64,000 nt of DNA from an uncultured Sphingobacteriales bacterium. GTDB taxonomy: Bacteria; Bacteroidota; Bacteroidia; CAILMK01; CAYYUA01. Below the pieces are notes generated by a model. The model had not been told where the DNA came from and made no database searches. It saw only the letters and a program-made list of their open reading frames with translations. Positions 47,492 to 56,251 of this stretch are shown in pieces (position 1 is the stretch's first letter; every line of letters begins with the position of its first letter). The translations under genes were made by a program, and so were the position numbers. The DNA is taken from the NCBI GenBank assembly GCA_964549595.1, contig CAZJWK010000004.1, positions 7,153-71,152 on the forward strand, written 5' to 3'.

Positions 47492-49633
47492 TCAGTCGAA
47501 TTTATAACGCATATCCTTAATATCAGCCGCATCCTTCAAGGCCTGAACGATTTGCCTTTGAGCCTGACCGGATATATTGTTGCGAAGTTTTTCTTTGGTG
47601 CTTACCAGCTTTTCGGGAGGGTTAACACCTTTTAGTTTATTAAGTTTAATTTGGTACACCCCATTGTTCCCCTTAAAAGGTTCGGAGACCATATTTTTCT
47701 TAAGTCCAAATGTCCTGCCAATAACCGGTTTCTCATTGCCCAAACCGGGAACCGTTGAGGCAGTAAACTTGAGGCTGGAAGCCTTTTTCACCCTCTTATT
47801 CAGGTTATTCGCTATTTCTTCGAGCTTTTTGGCAGATTGATTGGCCTTTTTGAATTTTTCCATCAATTGATCTGCCTTCTTTTGTTTAAGAACCTCGGCC
47901 CGGATTTCATTTTTAACATCTTCAAAAGGCTGAACACCTTTCTTATTAACATCTTTTAATTTGGCAATTACATACTGATCAGAAACCTCAATAATACCGG
48001 ATAGGCTACCTTCATCGTTGGAATAAGCCCAGCGGACAAGCTCCGGAGCATCGCTCAGACCAGGAATAAGCCTTTTAGAAGGTTCAATTTTTTCAGCAAT
48101 TTGTTTATTTAATCCGGCTTTTCTTACCACCTTCTCAAATTCATCAGGGGAATTGATCTTTGAACGAAACTCGGAAGCTTTTTTGTAAACCTTTTCATAA
48201 GTGTCTTCACTGGGATAAATTTTACGAATTATCCGCCCCACCTGATACCGCTTACTCACAGGTTCCGCTGTCACTTCAACGATATGCGTACCGAACTTGC
48301 TGTTTACAAGAAAGACATCCCCTTTATCATGCCGTTTGACACCCTTGATAAACGGATCAACCATTTTGTTCTCGGAGAACCAGCCTAAACTACCTCCATT
48401 CTTGGCAGAGGGATCATCGCTGTGTTCCATTGCCATCTTTTCAAAGGAGGCGCCTTCCTGTATTTTGTTAAAAATCTCTGAAGCCTCAGATTGGGCTTCA
48501 GCCGTATCAGCTTCTGAGGAGCCCTTTGGCTTAAAAAGGATATGCCGGGCTTTATAATATTCTACCGTATCAGCCTTTGTGTCAATGGTTTTTGCCACTT
48601 CATAACCTTTTTCCCCTAAGTAAGGGCCAAAAACATCTCCTGTATCACCATTTATAACACTATCCTGTATCGGTGCTGGTATTTCAGCCGGACTTAAAAA
48701 AGTAGAATCAAAAGGCTCATCGCTTTGTAATTCCACGAAACTGGAATCTTTATCCCTTTCTTTAAACGTTTTCTTTAAGTCATGAAGGTTTTGGAAAATT
48801 TTCGCAGAATCCCGTGAAGTGGGTGTTACATCAAAAACAACGTACTCGAATGTACGGCTGGCATCCGTTTTATAATCATCCTTATGGTCGTCATAATATT
48901 GCTTCAATGATTGGGAGGTGAGGTTAACAGCTGAATCAGGCACGCTTTTTTTGGCTAAATTTACATAACCAATGGAAGCTACACGGTTTTCGTCTAAATA
49001 CTGACGTTCGGCTTCAAGATTAGTCACATAGAAACTCTTACGAATAAGCCCAAAATATTTTTCACGTTCCCTTTGCCTTAGCAAGTTACGCTCAAAGTTG
49101 ATCCATTGCTGTTTTTGTTGTTTAAACCTTTCAATTTGTTGCTTATTGGCCTGCCCCCCTGGCCCTTGCTTCAATTGCCTTTGTAATTGTTGAAGCCTTT
49201 CCTTTTTAAATTCACCTGTCTTAGGATCCCGGAAAGCCCTCTTCACAGAAGGATGGGGATTATCCCCCTGTACCAAATTGAAAAGTTCTTTATCGCTAAC
49301 CCTTAAGCCAAGCTTCTCCTGTTCTTTTTTAAAAATCCGGTCAAAAATTAATTGATCCCAGGCTTGATTCTGAACAGTAGCCATCATACGAGGACTAATT
49401 TCCTGTATACGCCTTTGTCTTTTAAATTTTTCCTTGACCTGCTGGACCTTTTGATTAAATTGGTTATAAGTAATTTTTTCTTCGTTCACCTTACCAACGG
49501 CATTACTCTGATCCTCGCGGAAAAGCGAACGGTTACTTCTGAACAAATCACTCAAAACAAAGGCTATGATTGCCACTCCAATTAAAATGATGACTAAACC
49601 TGATCTTTTCCTGATCTCACCGATTGCTGCCAT
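47492..49633 (-). CDS. Periplasmic peptidyl-prolyl cis-trans isomerase (PpiD/SurA-like, parvulin domain)
   Basis: An N-terminal signal-anchor, about 700 aa, and a parvulin-type core (KARHILFKPKGSSEAD...GGSLGWFSENKMVDPF). Confidence 0.7.
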   Translation of the reverse strand: MAAIGEIRKRSGLVIILIGVAIIAFVLSDLFRSNRSLFREDQSNAVGKVNEEKITYNQFNQKVQQVKEKFKRQRRIQEISPRMMATVQNQAWDQLIFDRIFKKEQEKLGLRVSDKELFNLVQGDNPHPSVKRAFRDPKTGEFKKERLQQLQRQLKQGPGGQANKQQIERFKQQKQQWINFERNLLRQREREKYFGLIRKSFYVTNLEAERQYLDENRVASIGYVNLAKKSVPDSAVNLTSQSLKQYYDDHKDDYKTDASRTFEYVVFDVTPTSRDSAKIFQNLHDLKKTFKERDKDSSFVELQSDEPFDSTFLSPAEIPAPIQDSVINGDTGDVFGPYLGEKGYEVAKTIDTKADTVEYYKARHILFKPKGSSEADTAEAQSEASEIFNKIQEGASFEKMAMEHSDDPSAKNGGSLGWFSENKMVDPFIKGVKRHDKGDVFLVNSKFGTHIVEVTAEPVSKRYQVGRIIRKIYPSEDTYEKVYKKASEFRSKINSPDEFEKVVRKAGLNKQIAEKIEPSKRLIPGLSDAPELVRWAYSNDEGSLSGIIEVSDQYVIAKLKDVNKKGVQPFEDVKNEIRAEVLKQKKADQLMEKFKKANQSAKKLEEIANNLNKRVKKASSLKFTASTVPGLGNEKPVIGRTFGLKKNMVSEPFKGNNGVYQIKLNKLKGVNPPEKLVSTKEKLRNNISGQAQRQIVQALKDAADIKDMRYKFD

Positions 49634-49661
49634 GAATATCGCTTATATATGTGTTTTTAAA

Positions 49662-50648
49662 TTAAAAAATGCCTAAAAAGCCGGATTTAAGCTCAAACTT
49701 TTTCTCACCCACAAGGTAACCATTTGTGTAAACCAGCATGGTGTATTTTCCTTCGGGAAACTCGTCACCCCTGGACCAATAAACGCAATGCGGTTGGTCT
49801 TTATTTTTAAACTTCACCTGTTCGCTAAAGGTATACAAGGCGGTATCATTTTTATAGGAAAACTGCCCTGAGCCACGGCTTTGAATGTAAATCGTCTCAC
49901 CCTTTGGGTTCATAAGACGTATCAGTACTCTCCGTGGGCCTTTTTCAGCGATGGGGTTTTCCTGAAAATTGAAGCAAACCTTAATCTGATCTATTTTATT
50001 GGTGTTATCAGTCTCCTTTTTATCCCCATCATTTTGTATTTTAATACCCGTAACCTTCGCGCTTTTCAATTTTAACCGGGAACCTTGAGCTACTTTGTTC
50101 TCCAGGCGTACGTTTTTATCTTTTAGTTTATCTTTTTGCTTTTTAGTCTCTCTTACTTCCGTACGAAGGTTGTAATTTTCCTCTTTTAGTTCTTTATTAA
50201 CACGAATGAGAGAATCTATTTTATTCCGATACTTCTTTTTGTAATACCTTAAAGTTTCTAACTTTTCCCGGGCTTTTTTGTATTGCTGCACTTTAATCCG
50301 GTTTTTCCGGACAAGCTTTCTGATTTCGGATGCCTGATTCTTGATTTTTCTGTCCCGCTTAGCTAATAAGGAATCCAAATGCTGATTTTTTCCTTTCAAG
50401 TTCTTGTTTTTACCCTCCATTTCGGAGAGTTCTTTTTTTAAATCTTCTTTAATTTCCTTGCTCTTAATGAGGGCTTTTTTCTTTTCCTCGGTTTCTGCTT
50501 TTTTATTAAAATACAAGTACCCCAAAAACCCATTTAAAAGTACCAACAGAACTACTATCACACCCAGAATAATCCGGCTTTTACGGCCCTTTTTTTCAGC
50601 CGCCCGTTCAGGGTCATTGGTTTTATTATTGTAATCCGCTTCAGCCAT
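49662..50648 (-). CDS. Membrane-anchored coiled-coil protein with C-terminal beta-domain (hypothetical)
   Basis: One N-terminal TM helix (IILGVIVVLLVLLNGFLGYLYF), about 150 aa of K/E-rich heptad coiled-coil, and a C-terminal beta-rich domain of about 130 aa. Confidence 0.4.
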   Translation of the reverse strand: MAEADYNNKTNDPERAAEKKGRKSRIILGVIVVLLVLLNGFLGYLYFNKKAETEEKKKALIKSKEIKEDLKKELSEMEGKNKNLKGKNQHLDSLLAKRDRKIKNQASEIRKLVRKNRIKVQQYKKAREKLETLRYYKKKYRNKIDSLIRVNKELKEENYNLRTEVRETKKQKDKLKDKNVRLENKVAQGSRLKLKSAKVTGIKIQNDGDKKETDNTNKIDQIKVCFNFQENPIAEKGPRRVLIRLMNPKGETIYIQSRGSGQFSYKNDTALYTFSEQVKFKNKDQPHCVYWSRGDEFPEGKYTMLVYTNGYLVGEKKFELKSGFLGIF

Positions 50649-50703
50649 TGTTAAAAGGTTTAAAGTGATACTAACCCCTCAAATTTAAGAATCCGGCTAT
50701 TAT

Positions 50704-51123
50704 TTAAAAAACTTCCAGGGCAGAAAAAAAGAAGGATGATTCCCTATGGGCGTTTTCATCTGAATCAGAACCATGCACTGCATTGGCCTGAATTGATTTC
50801 GCGTATTGAGCTCGTATGGTTCCTGCCTCCGCTTTAGCAGGATCCGTGTCCCCTATAAGTTTTCTAAATTCCTCTACAGCATTGGCTTTTTCCAAAATCA
50901 TGGCGATGATAGGGTAAGAAGCCATGTATTCCGTTAAGTCATCAAAAAATGACCTATCTTTATGCACTGAATAAAAGTCCTGTGCTTTCTCAAGGGATAA
51001 ACGAGTCTGCTTCAAAGCCCGTATCTTAAAACCGGCCTTTATGATTTGGTCCAATATTTCGCCAGTATGACCTTCTTTCACAGAGTCGGGTTTTATTAAC
51101 GCTAAAGTCTTGTATTGCGCCAT
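50704..51123 (-). CDS. ndk: Nucleoside-diphosphate kinase
   Basis: LALIKPD and the active-site His in NAVHGSDSDENA. The length is 139 aa. Confidence 0.9.
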   Translation of the reverse strand: MAQYKTLALIKPDSVKEGHTGEILDQIIKAGFKIRALKQTRLSLEKAQDFYSVHKDRSFFDDLTEYMASYPIIAMILEKANAVEEFRKLIGDTDPAKAEAGTIRAQYAKSIQANAVHGSDSDENAHRESSFFFSALEVF

Positions 51124-51239
51124 TTTACGAAAATTTTGGATGCAAAAATACCTTTATTTTACAGATTTCACCAAAAAGGAAATGTAAGAACATTTTTTTA
51201 TCAAGGGGAGGCAAAAAAAATTTTAACCCTAAAAGAAAT

Positions 51240-51413
51240 TTAAGAGTTATTCTGATCGGTATGGGGCTCAGACCGGCAATTGTTATTTGCTTGCCGGTTT
51301 TTCATCCGCTCTTTTAGTTGGATATTTCTTTTCTTTAAGTGATGCCAGATCCAAAGTATAAAAAAGTATAATACCAAAAAGGCCAATAAGGCTACGAAAA
51401 TCATACCGGGCAT
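51240..51413 (-). CDS. Possible small (57 aa) single-TM protein, below the ORF-track cutoff
   Basis: The minus-strand ORF is MPGMIFVALLAFLVLYFFILWIWHHLKKRNIQLKER..., a hydrophobic helix followed by a basic tail. It has an ATG start and lies between two minus-strand genes. It rests on hand translation only. Confidence 0.25.
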   Translation of the reverse strand: MPGMIFVALLAFLVLYFFILWIWHHLKKRNIQLKERMKNRQANNNCRSEPHTDQNNS

Positions 51414-51446
51414 AAGGTTTTGTCTTAGCTCAAGCTTTTCAAAGGC

Positions 51447-51794
51447 TTAATTAAGGAATTTTAAAAACCTAAAATCGGGCAGAGGGCTTTGATTCTGCAG
51501 CGAGGAAACCCTGATCCAATCCATACCCTCCTTATTATCCACCAGCAATATACGGTTAAAAGCACTATCCAGAACCTGCGTAGCCATTAAAGGGTAATCC
51601 ATGAACAAATGGTCATTATTACCTATATGGGCTTCAGAATCCGAAACATTGTATACCAGGAAATCTTCTTCCATAATCCTTGTAATGGCTTCCTGGAATA
51701 ATTCCTCACCATCTTGTTCCTCTCTTCTTCTCACCGCAGCAAATGAACACAAAATGGCAATCGTTAGTACTAAAGTAAATTTTTTCATTCCCAT
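51447..51794 (-). CDS. Small secreted hypothetical protein
   Basis: 115 aa with a signal peptide (MKKFTLVLTIAILCSFAA) and an acidic mature region. No similarity was recognised. Confidence 0.4.
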   Translation of the reverse strand: MGMKKFTLVLTIAILCSFAAVRRREEQDGEELFQEAITRIMEEDFLVYNVSDSEAHIGNNDHLFMDYPLMATQVLDSAFNRILLVDNKEGMDWIRVSSLQNQSPLPDFRFLKFLN

Positions 51795-52546
51795 TATGTT
51801 TTAGCTAAAAACCTGTAACAAAAGTATGAAAACCCTCATTCCAAAATGGTTGAATTGATAATTTTCAAATAGCGATTAGCTGTTAGCCATTGGCTATTAG
51901 CTTTTAGCTGGTGGCTTTAGGGCTTTTGGTTGAATGAAAGGTTCCCTAAAGTTAGCATCCTAAAAATGGAGGAAAAGTGAAAGCCTTACTGTGTTACTTT
52001 TTTTACAACTTATTACCACTGTATCAAAACATTGTTACTTTAAAGTTCCCCTCATTGATATTTCTTCCGCCAACTGGCATAGAGAAAAGAGGGAGGGAAA
52101 AGCAAGGACCAGGAAAAACCGCGGAATTCAGAAGCAAGTCATTTTGGTTCTTATCAAAACTCATTAAGCATTATTGCAAAGGTTCCCACCGAAAAAAAAC
52201 AATCATTTATCCAAATTTTTTCCTGAAAAAAATCTAAAACTTATAAATTTGTTAGGCAATAATAGATTGAATAAATTGGGTTTGCACTTTTTCTTAAAAC
52301 CGCAATTTGCTCATAGGAATTAAAACTTTGAAAAAATTTGACCCCTTAATTAACATAAATTAAAAACATTGGCTTTTGAAGGGAGTTAATTTAATCAAAA
52401 CCAAAAGTAAATGGAATTTTGATACTCCCTTAGTCAAAAAACAATGTGTAAAAGGAATTGTTAAACTGTTAAAGAAAGTTAATTACCAAGGGTTCAGGTT
52501 TAAAAAATTAATGGAAAGCGATTAACTAAATTTTTAGGAGTAAAAA

Positions 52547-54085
52547 ATGGAAATCATGAAAAAAAGGCAAGATATTCGTATGAAACCACGTCAAAAACAA
52601 ACGATAAAACAGAAATTAACCTCCAAAACGGTAGTAATAGCAGGTATTTCTGTTATTTTACTCGGAACGCTAATTACGATAGCACTGAATTTGGGTAACA
52701 TCCAAGATACTTTTGCAGCCGGCAAAACTTATAATTCTGATGGGGATGGAAAGTGGAAAGGGGCTTTTAATTGGACTAAATCTAATAGTCCCGGAAGAGG
52801 AGGTTTTCCGGGGAAAAATGATGATGCCACAATTGATGGTAATACAATTGATGTCGCTCAAAACCAAAATGTAAACAATCTTTCCTTTAAGAATAGTGGT
52901 ACTTTAAATATTAAAAGTGGGAACAAATTAAATGTTCATGGGACATTAGACCTTAAAAATGGTTCTGTTGATGCTTCCAGTGGTGACTTAGTATTGGAAC
53001 AAGGAGCAAAAATCAAGAATATGTCCTCCAGTAATTTTACCGGATCTTACTCAAAAAAGGATGCTAGTGGAGTGGTTGACAGTACAGTTTTTCGGCCTTC
53101 AGCCAGTTACGGTAGTGCTAAAGTTGCTGTTCATGGCTTTCAGGATAATAACTGCGATTTTAGTGTAACCTACAAAGAAAGTAATCCCAATACAGCAAGC
53201 TCCATTACCAATAGCTCAACCATTATTACCACCAATTTAAAGTCGATTAGTAATAATGAATACTACCAAATTAACCGCAGTGGTTGTACGAAAAATGCTA
53301 AGGTGACTTTATTCTGGGATCAAAACACCCCTTCTAAGTTAAATAACCTTTCCAGTAAAAGTTCATTGGAAATTGCCCACCATAATGGTAATGGCTGGGA
53401 GGATATAAACATTAATAATAGATCCGGAAAAATATCCGGTTCTGGCAGCATTACTTCGAAACTTCAATCCAATTTCAGTCCATTTACTTATGGCTCTAAT
53501 TCTTCATCAGGTCCCCTCCCGGTTGAATTAATTAACTTTAATGTGAAAGTGATTAATGGAGGAGCCAGGTTAGAATGGGCTACAGCTTCTGAGACAAACA
53601 ATAACCATTTTAAAGTTCAAAAAAGAACCGGGGACTCTGAATTTAAAACCATAAGCAAGGTTGAAGGATATGGAACAACCACCGAACAACATGAATATGA
53701 ATATACTGATAATAAACCCGTGAAAGGTAAAGTCTATTACCGCTTAAAGCAGGTAGATCACGATGGTTCTTATGAATACTCCAATGTTAAAGCCGTCAAA
53801 GGCAAAGAAAAAACCCGGCAAAATGAAGCCCTTTCCATTGAAAAAGTTTCACCAAATCCATTCCGTAATGGTTTCAACCTTGAGTACAAAACAAATGGCG
53901 ACCAAAATGTCAAATTCACTTTAAGAAACATGAAAGGGAATGTAGTTAGTCAAAGCCGGGTAGACGCCAATAGAGGTCAAAATGAATTCAGCTATAATCA
54001 AGGATCAGAACTTCCTAAGGGCACCTACATTTTAACTTTAAGAGCCAGCAGTGAGCAGGTTACTAAAAAAGTAATGAAGCGATAA
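52547..54085 (+). CDS. T9SS type A C-terminal sorting domain (Por_Secre_tail) cargo protein
   Basis: The C-terminal about 80 aa (VSPNPFRNGFNLEY...KGTYILTL...KVMKR) fit the type A CTD. The body is a beta-rich, Asn/Ser/Gly-rich repeat region. The N-terminus has a basic extension before the hydrophobic segment, so the start may lie at an internal Met. Confidence 0.7.
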   Translation: MEIMKKRQDIRMKPRQKQTIKQKLTSKTVVIAGISVILLGTLITIALNLGNIQDTFAAGKTYNSDGDGKWKGAFNWTKSNSPGRGGFPGKNDDATIDGNTIDVAQNQNVNNLSFKNSGTLNIKSGNKLNVHGTLDLKNGSVDASSGDLVLEQGAKIKNMSSSNFTGSYSKKDASGVVDSTVFRPSASYGSAKVAVHGFQDNNCDFSVTYKESNPNTASSITNSSTIITTNLKSISNNEYYQINRSGCTKNAKVTLFWDQNTPSKLNNLSSKSSLEIAHHNGNGWEDININNRSGKISGSGSITSKLQSNFSPFTYGSNSSSGPLPVELINFNVKVINGGARLEWATASETNNNHFKVQKRTGDSEFKTISKVEGYGTTTEQHEYEYTDNKPVKGKVYYRLKQVDHDGSYEYSNVKAVKGKEKTRQNEALSIEKVSPNPFRNGFNLEYKTNGDQNVKFTLRNMKGNVVSQSRVDANRGQNEFSYNQGSELPKGTYILTLRASSEQVTKKVMKR

Positions 54086-54099
54086 AGCATAAAATCAGA

Positions 54100-54140
54100 A
54101 AAAGTGCAATGAGCTATTTTTGGTTCACTGCACTTTTTTA
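54100..54140 (+). terminator. Candidate intrinsic terminator downstream of the type-A cargo gene
   Basis: AAAAGTGCA...(20-nt loop)...TGCACTTTTTT: a 6-9 bp stem with one mismatch, followed by a T6 run, 15 nt after the stop codon. Confidence 0.4.
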
Positions 54141-54618
54141 TCCTGCTAAGGGGTTTTTAAAAAATAACATTTACCATTGTTGAGGCATTTTATTATGGTG
54201 TAATTCAATGCTCCATGTAATTCGTGTCGTTCAATGTTTAAATTGCTAATTTCTTCATCAATCAATTTAATTCCCTTATCATATTCGTTTTCATCTTAGC
54301 TGGCTTTGACTTGGAGGTTTTTTTCGTTTGAACTGAAGAAATTAAATTGACCATTGTTTCATAAGAAAGCAATTGATGGCCTCTCCCATTCATGGTAATA
54401 AAAGAAACCAAACGGTGTTCAATCTTATTCCATTTTTGGAAAAATTAAACTGTAAACTTTATTTCTTAACATTGCCTAATCCTATGACTGCTTTTAAAAG
54501 GGCATAAAATAAAGCCGTGAACGAAGTGAGAGCTTTTGCATCTTCAAGATGGCAAGATTTACGCTATTCTTGGTTGCCTAAGGTTGCACATTTCAATTAG
54601 ACGATGCTTTCGATCCCC

Positions 54619-55875
54619 TTATTTTCCGGATGCATAACCTTGTATCTGCCTGGTAGCCAATAAGCCAATACCCGATACCAAAGCCAAAAACCCAAAGTAG
54701 TAATGATAGCCCAGGGTGGCGTTAAAGGCATCCACAAACCATCCGGAAAGCAAATGCGCAAATATATCCGGCATGAAACCAAAAAAGGAGACAATGCCCA
54801 CCACAGTTCCGGTTAAGCTTAAGGGGATGCCGATTTCCTGAAGCAAAGCAAAATAAACCCCACGCAGGGCAAAAACAGCCAAACCAGCCAGAATCACCTG
54901 GGTCCACAAAATCCACATATCATTGATGGATGGAGGAATGAAATATAACGAACCAAACGTCAACATCAACAAGCCAAATCCGCCCCCAATGGTTTTAGTG
55001 GCCATCAATCGGTCAGCCAAAAGACCGGCTCCCAGAGCGGCTATGGGACGCATCCAGTCCCTTATGGTCCCAAGCACGGCCCCGAATGTCTTGCTTTGGC
55101 CGTAGGCTTTTTCGGCAAAGGCAGGAAAATCATACGTGCCCAAATACAGGATATAAGAGCAAAATATGATCAATGCCAATAGCCAAACCTCGGGCTTTTT
55201 AAGCACTTTTACCATTCGGTTCCACTGATTGCCATGAGCCGGATTTTTGGTATCGGCTTTTGTTTGATCCTGGTGGAGGGTATCCGGCACCACCCACCAT
55301 ATAAGGAGCCCTACCAGCAACGGAGCCGATGAATAAACCAGCAACACACTTTCCAATCCGGTTTTAGTAGTGCTTGCATAGCCAAAAACGGTGGTAGCCA
55401 ATGAGGCTAAAAGAGCAGCTACCACGCCCCGGCCGGCATCGAGTAGCCCAAAGCTGATGCCTTGGTTATCCGGGCGCCCCCAGGCGCGTGTCGCTTTAAT
55501 CAAAGCCGCCCAGAACGTGAGAATGGTAGTGATGCCCCAGAACGCATGGATTGCTAAAAGAATAGGATAGTCAGGAATACTCAGCATAGAAAAACCACCA
55601 GCACTGGTAGCTACCAAAGATAGGGTTAAGAGCTTCCTTGCAGAAAAGCGATCAGCAATCCAGCCACTGGGGAAGTAGCAAACAACAGCCAGGATACCGA
55701 AAATGCTGTTCAATAAGCCCACTTCGGTACTGCTGATCCCGAAAACCGTCTCCATGCTGGTCTGGAAAGTCTTGCGCAAATACGGGAGCATGTAGATGCT
55801 CTCACCCGCGAGCATGAGGCCGGCCATGTAAAGGTAATGCTGAAAACGGTTACCGGTTGCTGGGATGTCATTCAA
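54619..55875 (-). CDS. MFS transporter
   Basis: 418 aa with 12 predicted TM helices and an MFS-like loop motif (GWIADRFSARK). Confidence 0.75.
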   Translation of the reverse strand: MNDIPATGNRFQHYLYMAGLMLAGESIYMLPYLRKTFQTSMETVFGISSTEVGLLNSIFGILAVVCYFPSGWIADRFSARKLLTLSLVATSAGGFSMLSIPDYPILLAIHAFWGITTILTFWAALIKATRAWGRPDNQGISFGLLDAGRGVVAALLASLATTVFGYASTTKTGLESVLLVYSSAPLLVGLLIWWVVPDTLHQDQTKADTKNPAHGNQWNRMVKVLKKPEVWLLALIIFCSYILYLGTYDFPAFAEKAYGQSKTFGAVLGTIRDWMRPIAALGAGLLADRLMATKTIGGGFGLLMLTFGSLYFIPPSINDMWILWTQVILAGLAVFALRGVYFALLQEIGIPLSLTGTVVGIVSFFGFMPDIFAHLLSGWFVDAFNATLGYHYYFGFLALVSGIGLLATRQIQGYASGK

Positions 55876-56251
55876 CGGAAATAGTATTTGGTTGACGAAT
55901 TTGGGATGAATTGGCTAAAAAGCACATCTGATAAGCCCTGTTTTTGTAGATTGTTGGCCAAAACAACCATTGAATAACCGTGCTTCCCGTTGATAAATGG
56001 TTGACAGTAAATGCCCTTTTCTGGTTGTGTAAAACAAAACCTTAATAGCAAGATCTCAGTAAGATAGGGGTTCCTTACTTATCTAAATCCTTAAGCATCA
56101 CGGAAAATTTATTGAATTTTCACCCATAAGCTAAAGATGGGAAAAATGACCCGCAAACAATAAATTCAATCTCCTCTTGGACATTTTTGCAAAAAAATAA
56201 CCGGACCTAAAAATAGATCCGGTTATTAACTCAAAACCGTTTATTCCGGTT

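Noticed and set aside
51273-51297. The GC hairpin CCGGCAA-N11-TTGCCGG followed by T5, considered as an intrinsic terminator
   Set aside because: The U-tract is on the plus strand but both flanking genes are minus-strand, and the hairpin lies inside a plausible small minus-strand ORF. I therefore did not list it as a terminator.
51977-52237. An 86-aa plus-strand ORF in the long AT-rich gap
   Set aside because: It has no start context and a low-complexity composition (F/L/K-rich), and it sits in the probable promoter or leader region of the downstream cargo gene. It is likely spurious.
54597-54916. Two short minus-strand ORFs (65 and 64 aa) overlapping the 3' end of the MFS transporter gene
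   Set aside because: They are alternative frames of the same strand within a strongly supported 12-TM transporter CDS.
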